Of a DNA stretch of 15,385 bases, positions 7,486 through 14,855 are shown piece after piece. Position 1 is the first letter of the stretch; every line of letters starts with the position of its first letter. A program made the position numbers and the translations under genes. Origin of the DNA: Waddliaceae bacterium (GTDB taxonomy: Bacteria > Chlamydiota > Chlamydiia > Chlamydiales > SLFE01); the NCBI GenBank assembly GCA_963783885.1, contig CAWAPJ010000034.1:1-15385 (forward strand), in the 5' to 3' direction. The notes beneath the pieces were generated by a model. That model had not been told where the DNA came from. It was given only the letters and a program-made list of their open reading frames with translations, and ran no database searches.

Positions 7486-8627
7486 TACGTTCTTTAATGC
7501 TCCATAAATTCCGGTCGTTTTTAAGCACTCTTGGTATTTTGTTTGGAGTAGCCTCCTTTATCACCATGCTCTCTATTGGAGAAGGAGCCAAGCGTCAAAG
7601 CATGCGGCAAATCGAAAGCCTGGGGCTAAGCAACATCATTATTCGCCGCATCGATCAGGCCAAAGAACCATCGGTAGGCCTGAGTCTCCAAGACGCTGAG
7701 CATCTTGCCAAAAATGTGCCGGGGCTTTCTGCTTACAGTCCAGTTCAGGAAGTTCGCAGTGAGATCACCGCGACACTCAAAGAGCTGAATACCGAAATCA
7801 TCGGTGTGGGAAGGGAGTTTGAGCAAGTGCAAAATCTGCAAATGAATGAGGGACGATTCCTCTGCGATCTCGACGTCAAACAAAAACAGGCGGTTTGCGT
7901 GATCGGCCATGAGCTCGCCGCAAAATTGGGGTCCGGCGGAAAAGTAGGAAAATCCGTCCGTCTTGGAAACGAGCAATACCGGATTGTCGGTATTCTGGAA
8001 GGATCGGGGCAGGCGCAAGACAAGGCTGTCAGCCATCGCGATCTTGACACTGCTATGATCATTCCGCTCAACATCGACCGCCCCAAGCTTCAAGAAGTGA
8101 TACTTAAAGTCAAAAACAGAAATCATGTCGAGGCGATTGCGAAGCTCAGCCGCCACGCTATCAAAAGGCTGCACAGCGGCATTGACGATACGCAGTTTAT
8201 TATCCCTCAGGAACTCTTAAATCAGGCAAAAAAAACTCAAGAGACGTTCAACCTTGTCCTTGGATCCATTGCCGCAGTCTCTCTTCTTGTCGGTGGCATC
8301 GGGATTCTCAATGTGATGCTTGCCAGTGTCTATGAGAGGAAAAGCGAAATCGGCGTGAGAAGGGCTGTCGGCGCCAGCCAGAAAGATATTTTGCGGCAAT
8401 TTCTTGGAGAAACCCTAGCTCTCACAACCGTAGGTGGTATTTTGGGCTTGGCCGCAGGAGCTTTGCTTTCTGTCCTCATTAGCCAGATTGCCGGTTGGGA
8501 GACTGTAATTACGCTCTACTCGGTTTTGACCTCCCTACTCGTTTCTTTTTCCGTCGGTATTTTTTCAGGCCTCTACCCTGCGGCAAAAGCCGCGAAAATG
8601 GATCCGATTGCAGCTCTTCGTTATTGA
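7482..8627 (+). CDS. ABC transporter permease, MacB/FtsX family
   Basis: RSFLSTLGILFGVA...IGEGA, a large periplasmic domain, SLLVGGIGILNVMLASVYERKSEIGVRRAVGA and GLYPAAKAAKMDPIAALRY. GTGA overlap with the ATPase stop. Confidence 0.95.
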   Translation: MIRSLMLHKFRSFLSTLGILFGVASFITMLSIGEGAKRQSMRQIESLGLSNIIIRRIDQAKEPSVGLSLQDAEHLAKNVPGLSAYSPVQEVRSEITATLKELNTEIIGVGREFEQVQNLQMNEGRFLCDLDVKQKQAVCVIGHELAAKLGSGGKVGKSVRLGNEQYRIVGILEGSGQAQDKAVSHRDLDTAMIIPLNIDRPKLQEVILKVKNRNHVEAIAKLSRHAIKRLHSGIDDTQFIIPQELLNQAKKTQETFNLVLGSIAAVSLLVGGIGILNVMLASVYERKSEIGVRRAVGASQKDILRQFLGETLALTTVGGILGLAAGALLSVLISQIAGWETVITLYSVLTSLLVSFSVGIFSGLYPAAKAAKMDPIAALRY

Positions 8628-8688
8628 ATAGCTCCATCACTCGACCCTGCAAACGAGGCTGGATGCAGGTTGCATTATTTTGTCTCTA

Positions 8689-9694
8689 CTAACTCTTGTC
8701 AGAAAGCACACCCAACCTGTGTTTTGCTTTGGTATGCCCCTGATCGGCGGCTAGCTTATGGTATTTGAAGGCTTTTTGTGAATTCATTTTGATTCCTTTT
8801 TCATTGCCATAACACCCACCCACCATGTACTGCGCGCCGGCATGCCCTTGATCGGCGGCTAGCTTATAGTATTTGAAGGCTTCTTGTGAATTCATTTTGA
8901 TTCCTTTTCCATTGCCATAATACACACCCACCATGTACTGCGCGCAGGCATTTCCCTGATCGGCAGCTAGCTTATAGTATTTGAAGGCTTTTTTAGGCTT
9001 TTTTTCGACTCCTTCTCCATTTTCATAATACACGCCTACATTGAATTGCGCTTCGGCATGCCCCTGATCGGCGGCTAGCTTATAGTAATAGAAGGCTTTT
9101 CGGGAATTTTTTCTCACACCAAAGCCATAGTCATAACATCTTCCATAGTTATATTGAGCGACACAATTTCCTTTTATAGCTTCATTTTTAAAAAGTGTCT
9201 CAGCCCTTTCATTTTCGGTTAAAAATCTAAGGTTTTCTAGGCTTAAGGTATTTTTATTTTTAAGATCGGTGATAAAGTTATGAAAAAAGTTGCAGCAGAA
9301 CTTGCTGTACTGATTGTCGGGTGAGCTTAGACGATGAATTTCTTTGAATGTGTCAGAAGCATCCTCTTGTATTAAGTATCTCGTTCAACAATTTCAACGC
9401 CTCAGTTGGCTTTCTATCTAGATATAATGTTTGAGCAGCCAAGGCATAGAAACGCCATTGCATTTTTTTTGGAGCAAGATCAGCTGCAAGCTTAATCGTA
9501 CCAATTTGCTTCTCTTTATTGATAAGAGCAATAGCATTTGCCATTTGTTTGTCGCTTTTCGAGTAAAAAGTTTCAATCTTTTTAAAGAAGCCGGGATTGA
9601 GGTCAAGGAATTGCATATTGGAGATGATTGTCACATCTTGAGGAAGAGTTTTTGGAGGTAAGTATTGATACGATTTCACACTCTTTAACTGCAT
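8689..9694 (-). pseudogene. Sel1-like repeat protein split by one frameshift (ORFs 9353..9694 and 8689..9384)
   Basis: The Sel1 frame stays open upstream of GTG 9117 to 9384 (...EAIKGNCVAQYNYGRCYDYGFGVRKNSRKAF...) with no standard start codon, and it overlaps the end of ORF 9353..9694. The joined length is 1006 nt (3n+1). Confidence 0.75.
8730..9100 (-). repeat. 108-nt tandem coding repeat (36-aa Sel1 units)
   Basis: TGATCGGCRGCTAGCTTAT recurs at 8741, 8849, 8957 and 9065, encoding (Y/H)KLAADQG four times. Confidence 0.92.
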
Positions 9695-9824
9695 TATGAA
9701 CTCCGTGGTATTTCATTAAAAATGGTTCATTTTATACAAACATAAAAAATTGTGCAACTCCGACACCATTGGGTAGCAATCAAGGGCTTCGCAATAAATC
9801 ATGTCTTTGTTAGCATTGAATGTT

Positions 9825-10745
9825 ATGGAAGCCCTTTATTATAAGACTCCATTGATTTATTCTAGGCCCTTGAGTCGCCATTTGGGCAAAGACGTTTACC
9901 TGAAAATGGAATGCTTTCAGCCAAGCGGTTCTTTTAAGAACCGCGGGATGGGGGCGCAGTGCTCTTTTTACGCTCGGGAAGGGTATAAGGGAGTTGTGAT
10001 CGCTTCGGGGGGAAATGCCGCCCTTGCGGCAGCCTATTCCGCCCGCAATTTGGGACTGTCTGCAGTGACAGTCGTATCTTCGCGCTCGCCTTCTTTTATG
10101 CAAGATAAACTGAGGCGCGAAGGAGCCGAAGTGATCGTTCACGGGGACTCGTGGAAAGAATCGAATGAAAAGGCAATTGAAATCGCGGAAAAGAATCATT
10201 ATGCCCCTCTCTCTCCTTTCGATCATGAAGAAATTTGGAAAGGTAATGCGACACTTGCTTCCGAAATTGTCGAATCGGGTATAAAACCTGACGGTGTCGT
10301 TCTTTCTGTCGGCGGCGGAGGCTTGATGTGCGGGGTCGTCCAGGGTTTAAGGGATGCCGGCTGGAAGAGCGCTGTCGTCATCGCATCCGAGCCGGAAGGG
10401 GCCGCAGGACTTTATCAATCCCTTAAAGAGGGAAAAGTTGTGACTCTTGACAAGGTCGATTCCATCGCGACTTCTCTTTGTTGCCCCCGAGTAGCGCAAA
10501 GAGCGTTTGAACTCGCTCGGGAGCATCCTGTATGGCCGATGACAGGGACCGACACTCAATTTGCCAAAGCCTGCGTTCGCTTTGCCGAAGATCATCGCGT
10601 TCTTGTAGAGCCGGCTTGCGGCGCGGCGCTAGCACCGCTTTATGATAGGAACTCTCTTCTCGATGACTTTGCCACCATCGTTGTGATTGTGTGCGGAGGC
10701 AATTTGGTCAGTTCGGAGCTGATCGAGCAATGGAGAGAGTGGTAA
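9825..10745 (+). CDS. PLP-dependent L-serine/threonine ammonia-lyase, SDS/CHA1-like subfamily (alternative start 9801)
   Basis: LKMECFQPSGSFKNRG (PLP lysine), SGGNAA, PFDH, SVGGGGL, LVEPACGAALA and VIVCGG. There is no ACT regulatory domain. Confidence 0.92.
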   Translation: MEALYYKTPLIYSRPLSRHLGKDVYLKMECFQPSGSFKNRGMGAQCSFYAREGYKGVVIASGGNAALAAAYSARNLGLSAVTVVSSRSPSFMQDKLRREGAEVIVHGDSWKESNEKAIEIAEKNHYAPLSPFDHEEIWKGNATLASEIVESGIKPDGVVLSVGGGGLMCGVVQGLRDAGWKSAVVIASEPEGAAGLYQSLKEGKVVTLDKVDSIATSLCCPRVAQRAFELAREHPVWPMTGTDTQFAKACVRFAEDHRVLVEPACGAALAPLYDRNSLLDDFATIVVIVCGGNLVSSELIEQWREW

Positions 10746-12467
10746 TTATCTTAAGGTATCGTCTGATTGGGGCTGATTGGATTGAGACCGTAATTGTTCT
10801 CTCAATTGTTGGATATTTTGTCTTATCTGCCGCCTTCTTTGCATGAAATCAGGGTTGATATAATGTTGCGATTGCGGTGTTGTTTGGGGAGGTTGGGATT
10901 CGTTTTGGTGATGCGATTGAGAAGGTGGTTGATATGAGGGGGCAGAGGATTGACCGGGCGGAATCCATTGGGGTGTTGCAGCAGGGGGTTGGGATTCGTT
11001 TTGGCGATGCGATTGAGAAGGCGGTTGATAGGATGGAGGCACTGACTGACCGTGCGGAGTCCATTGAGGTGTTGTTTGTGGAGGCTGCGGCTGCCTATGA
11101 GGGGGCCATGGTCTTAGCGGTCTTCTTCTTGGAGGTGGATAAGCGGGGGATTCTTCGTCTTGAGGGTGGTAACGTCTTGACGGGGGTGTTGGCGTTGGGA
11201 TGCGGCGGATCGGAGGCTGCACCGAAGGCTCTTCGGGCAGAGAGGGAATGGTTTGAGGCGCAGAGGAAATCTCAATGCTTCCTTCAGCCTGTATCCACGG
11301 CTTTGGCGGCTCTTCTCCTCCTTCCTTTCCTTGCGGCCTGATGTCTTTGCCCTCGGATTTTGGAATTTCAACAGTGTTTAAGATATCCTTTCTGAGTTTT
11401 GGATCGGAGGGGAGTATGGGTCTGTCTTTCCGAGCGAGCGAGTTGATAGCGTTTAGGAGATTGTTTAGGGGGAGGGGGCCTGCTTGGCTGATAAAAATTG
11501 GAGGAGACCCCTTGGCTATGAGCGGGAAAAGTTCGTGGGGCGGGGGCGGGATCATACCGCTAAGGGCTGTGGGCATCCACCAGGGAAAGGGAAATCCCGG
11601 ATTGCCCCACCACCACCAGAGGTCCCACTGATGGCACCAGTCAAACCACCACCAGCTGCCCCAGCCCCACCAGGAGGGGGTGCAGCACCAATGATGCTCC
11701 CAGAAACCGGGATGATAGAACCACCAGTGGTGGAAAAAACATGCATAGTCAGGCCAGCAGACAAAGAGGGTTTCGATAATCGTTTCAGGTTCTAAAATGA
11801 TTGTGGGGGTGGAAATCATGCCGTGGGACGGAGATTCAGTGAAGATCGTGCAGTAAGCGTTCCCTCTGGTTTCAAGCGGCCAGTCCCAATAAGCGGGTAT
11901 GAAGACGTACCCTTGAGGGCGCCAAACATAATAGGCAGGGGTAAAGACCCAGTTTTCGTCCATCTCTGTCCAGTTTCCGGGCGTCCAAGTATAGCTGTTT
12001 GTTTGGAGGTCGTATTGCCAATATCCCATCGCAAAGAAAAGGTCTGGCCTTGGGGGGCTCCCGATGTCCTCGTCAACAGGTATCGGAGGAGGTTTTTTGA
12101 TATACTCCAGATTTTGAGCCGGTTCAGTGTGCCAAAATCCCGATATCCAGACATAGCCCTCGTCAAATTTTTCCCAAAATCCGCTATTCCAAACATGGCC
12201 GGGAGGAGGCTTTCTCCAGACGCCGCAAATCCATTCAAAATCCCCTTTTTTTTCATTCCAGGCCCAATAACCGTGAATCCACTCTGCTGTCTGGTCTGGC
12301 TGCGGCGGGATTCTTTCTGTGAATCTTTCCGGAGGCGCCCTGTCGATAGCGTCTAAAATAATGCCCCCCTTTACAGGGGTGACAAATGCTTCGTGGATTT
12401 GCCCGGCGACGGCGGCAGAGCAAAAAACGGTTAGAAAAAAAATAAGAACGGGTATACGGATGTTCAT
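10746..12467 (-). CDS. secreted WXXGXW (YXWGXW) repeat protein with Trp/His/Cys-rich tract and Pro/Gln-rich tail
   Basis: Signal peptide ending AVA. Repeats WIHGYW, WICGVW, WNSGFW, WISGFW, FAMGYW, WTPGNW and FIPAYW, followed by a low-complexity C-terminus. Confidence 0.85.
   Translation of the reverse strand: MNIRIPVLIFFLTVFCSAAVAGQIHEAFVTPVKGGIILDAIDRAPPERFTERIPPQPDQTAEWIHGYWAWNEKKGDFEWICGVWRKPPPGHVWNSGFWEKFDEGYVWISGFWHTEPAQNLEYIKKPPPIPVDEDIGSPPRPDLFFAMGYWQYDLQTNSYTWTPGNWTEMDENWVFTPAYYVWRPQGYVFIPAYWDWPLETRGNAYCTIFTESPSHGMISTPTIILEPETIIETLFVCWPDYACFFHHWWFYHPGFWEHHWCCTPSWWGWGSWWWFDWCHQWDLWWWWGNPGFPFPWWMPTALSGMIPPPPHELFPLIAKGSPPIFISQAGPLPLNNLLNAINSLARKDRPILPSDPKLRKDILNTVEIPKSEGKDIRPQGKEGGEEPPKPWIQAEGSIEISSAPQTIPSLPEEPSVQPPIRRIPTPTPPSRRYHPQDEESPAYPPPRRRPLRPWPPHRQPQPPQTTPQWTPHGQSVPPSYQPPSQSHRQNESQPPAATPQWIPPGQSSAPSYQPPSQSHHQNESQPPQTTPQSQHYINPDFMQRRRQIRQNIQQLREQLRSQSNQPQSDDTLR
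10872..11087 (-). repeat. 96-nt (32-aa) tandem coding repeat, about 2.25 copies
   Basis: GGGATTCGTTTTGG occurs at 10895 and 10991. Units: QPPQTTPQWTPHGQSVPPSYQPPSQSHRQNES / QPPAATPQWIPPGQSSAPSYQPPSQSHHQNES / QPPQTTPQ. Confidence 0.9.
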
Positions 12468-12519
12468 ATAAGATACATATACTTAAAAGTGGTTCATGAC
12501 TTCAAGGAAAAAAAAACCA

Positions 12520-13374
12520 TCAACTTTTAAGGCGCCATTCGGTTTTATGGATGCTAAGAAGGAGAGCAAATCCGATCAGCAGTATAGGAAGGACAAGAAA
12601 ACCTTCCTGATCGGGAGAGATTTCTTTATCTCCGATCAAAAACGTATCGTTGATCTTAAAGAGAATGATTTTGCCGCTAAAGAAGACAGATTCGATGAAA
12701 TTCCACATAAAATGCCAGCCGATGCAGTAATAGATTCCATACCAAACGTAAGCATAGCCAAGAACAAGGCCGGCGACGAAGGCTGCATAAGCGTAGTAGT
12801 AGGAATAGGACAGATGAACGGCCCCAAAAACAATGGCGCTTGCCCAAACAGCCCAATGGGTGCCCAGGTTTTCCTTAAGCGTTTGCAAAATGTAGCCGCG
12901 CATGGCAATTTCTTCGGAAATGGCAGTCAATGCCATGGCAAAAATATAGAGGGAGACAGTTGAGAGAATATCAGTTGGAAAAAGATGAATGGCTTTGATG
13001 ATAATGGTTTGGGTCGCGATTGCCAAAATGATCAGGCTTGAAACCAAAAAACCGCCGAACAGCGATCCCCAGCAGAAGGTGCGGAGTTTGTGGTGGGGAC
13101 GGAAAAGAATATTGTCTTCCCAGGTGCGTTTATGGACGAATTTTTGGAATGAGAAAAAAAGAAGAATCGTCCAGAAAAAACCGAAAATCCTTCCAATGAT
13201 CCGGCCGTAGTCCAGGTCGAGAAAAGGGTGAAGTCCCAGCAGCAGCTTTCCGGGAAGGTGTTGTATGGCCGGAACGACCAACTTTTCCAGAACATATTGT
13301 CCCCCGAAATAATAAACCGCAATAAAGCAGCCCACCTGAATCAGCGGCAGGCATAAGCGTTTCCAAAAAAACAT
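12520..13374 (-). CDS. CPBP family intramembrane glutamic endopeptidase (type II CAAX protease/Abi); alternative start TTG 13380
   Basis: EEIAMRG (EExxxR), FGAVH (FxxxH) and HFMWN (HxxxN) motifs in a multi-TM protein. Confidence 0.92.
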   Translation of the reverse strand: MFFWKRLCLPLIQVGCFIAVYYFGGQYVLEKLVVPAIQHLPGKLLLGLHPFLDLDYGRIIGRIFGFFWTILLFFSFQKFVHKRTWEDNILFRPHHKLRTFCWGSLFGGFLVSSLIILAIATQTIIIKAIHLFPTDILSTVSLYIFAMALTAISEEIAMRGYILQTLKENLGTHWAVWASAIVFGAVHLSYSYYYAYAAFVAGLVLGYAYVWYGIYYCIGWHFMWNFIESVFFSGKIILFKINDTFLIGDKEISPDQEGFLVLPILLIGFALLLSIHKTEWRLKS

Positions 13375-13404
13375 TAGCAAGCATTCTTATTAAATTAATC
13401 ATAC

Positions 13405-13433
13405 ATTTTAACGGTTGATCACTCGAATGTCAA
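13405..13433 (-). promoter_or_regulatory. near-consensus sigma70/sigma66 promoter for the CPBP gene
   Basis: Minus strand reads TTGACA (13433-13428), 17-nt spacer, TAAAAT (13410-13405). Confidence 0.75.
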
Positions 13434-13445
13434 GCAAATCTTTAC

Positions 13446-13473
13446 TTGAATTCGCCTCTCTGTTATATAAAAT
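13446..13473 (+). promoter_or_regulatory. candidate sigma70/sigma66 promoter for the sterol reductase gene
   Basis: TTGAAT (13446-13451), 16-nt spacer, TAAAAT (13468-13473), ending 23 nt before ATG 13497. Confidence 0.45.
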
Positions 13474-13496
13474 CAAAAATTGAAGAGGCAGGTTAT

Positions 13497-14855
13497 ATGG
13501 AAAATACTGGCAAGCTATGGGGGCGTTCTACAGAAGTCAATCTCTTTAAAACAATCGGGACTTTAGGGATACTTTTGTCAACTCCTCTGATGGTGTTTTA
13601 TTTTTATATTGCTTGCGTCCATTTTGACGGAGCGCTCTTTGCACCGATAAGCGCTTTGATTTCCGGCCGCTTGTCGAAAATGGGGCTGCTGACTCTTCTG
13701 CCCCCCTTTTCTCCCGCGGCTTTTGGAATTTTTTTTATCTGGCTTGTCTTTCAGATTGCCCTTTATTATCTTCCAGACTTCCTTCATCGGGTTTTGCCGG
13801 GTTATATTGGGGGTGTTTGCAAGGGAGCCGTTTCTCCGGCGGGAAATCGTCCCGACTATAATATCAATGGACTGCAGGCCTGGCTGATTTCTCATATTGT
13901 TTTTCTATTCCTGACGCTCGGGATTGGAGTATTTTCCGCTTCCATTATATTTGATAACTGGGGAGAGCTTCTCTGGGTTGTCAATATCGCCGGCTATGCT
14001 CTGGCATTGTTTGCCTTTGCAAAGGCGTATCTTTTTCCGACATATCCCGACGACAATAAAATCACGGGAAATATCGTCTATGATTTTTATATGGGAATCG
14101 AGCTTCATCCCCGCATAAGACAGTTTGACTTCAAGCTTTTTTTCAACGGGCGTCCCGGAATTGTTGCCTGGACCTTGATTAACATTTCTTTTGCTGCGGC
14201 TCAATATAAATTGTATGGATATGTGACGAATTCGATGCTCATTGTCAATCTTTTGCAAGGGCTTTATGTTGTGTATTTCTTTTGGAACGAGGCGTGGTAT
14301 TTGAAGACGATCGATATCGCCCACGACCACTTCGGCTGGATGCTTGCCTGGGGAGACTGTGTCTGGCTTCCTTACATGTATACCCTTCAAGGCTTTTATC
14401 TGGTCTACAATCCCGTTGACCTTTCCTTATGGCAAGCTGCTTTGGTTCTTGCGATCGGACTTTCCGGATATGCAATTTTCCATACTTCAAACCGGCAAAA
14501 AGAACTCTTTAGAGAGAGCCAAGGAAAAACGCTGATTTGGGGAAGGCCGGCCAAGTCCATCGAGGCTGAATATCTGGCCGCCAATGGAGAAAAAAAGAAA
14601 TCTTGTCTTTTGATCTCCGGCTGGTGGGGAGTGGCGCGCCACTTCAACTACACCGGAGATCTCATTTTAAGTCTGGCCTACAGCCTCGCATGCGGATTCG
14701 GGAGCCTTCTTCCCTATTTTTACTTCTTTTTCCTCTTAACGCTTCTCATCCACCGTTCGATCAGAGATGAACAAAGGTGTAGTCAAAAGTATGGAAAAAG
14801 CTGGCAAAAGTATTGCCAAGCCGTCCCCTACCGCCTAATTCCCGGGGTATTTTAA
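13497..14855 (+). CDS. 7-dehydrocholesterol (sterol delta-7) reductase, ERG4/ERG24 family
   Basis: WGR near the N-terminus, YNINGLQAW, YDFYMGIELHPRI, FDFKLFFNGRPGIVAWTLIN, EAWYLKTIDIAHDHFGWMLAWGDCVWLPYMYTLQGFYL, LLISGWWGVARHFNYTGD and RDEQRCSQKYGKSWQKYCQAVPYRLIPGVF. These match DHCR7-type rather than delta-14-type motifs. ATG 13497 is preferred over TTG 13446. Confidence 0.93.
   Translation: MENTGKLWGRSTEVNLFKTIGTLGILLSTPLMVFYFYIACVHFDGALFAPISALISGRLSKMGLLTLLPPFSPAAFGIFFIWLVFQIALYYLPDFLHRVLPGYIGGVCKGAVSPAGNRPDYNINGLQAWLISHIVFLFLTLGIGVFSASIIFDNWGELLWVVNIAGYALALFAFAKAYLFPTYPDDNKITGNIVYDFYMGIELHPRIRQFDFKLFFNGRPGIVAWTLINISFAAAQYKLYGYVTNSMLIVNLLQGLYVVYFFWNEAWYLKTIDIAHDHFGWMLAWGDCVWLPYMYTLQGFYLVYNPVDLSLWQAALVLAIGLSGYAIFHTSNRQKELFRESQGKTLIWGRPAKSIEAEYLAANGEKKKSCLLISGWWGVARHFNYTGDLILSLAYSLACGFGSLLPYFYFFFLLTLLIHRSIRDEQRCSQKYGKSWQKYCQAVPYRLIPGVF

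Noticed and set aside
8646..8669. CCTGCA/TGCAGG hairpin as an intrinsic terminator
   Set aside because: It has only a 6-bp stem, a 12-nt loop and no immediate U-tract.
8730..9100. CRISPR-like periodic repeat
   Set aside because: The period is exactly 108 nt and in frame, and the intervening parts are homologous coding sequence (Sel1 units), not unique spacers.
9735..9760. dif/Xer-like site or integron attC core
   Set aside because: The central spacer is 4 nt rather than 6, the arms match poorly, there is no attC-like hairpin and no recombinase is nearby.
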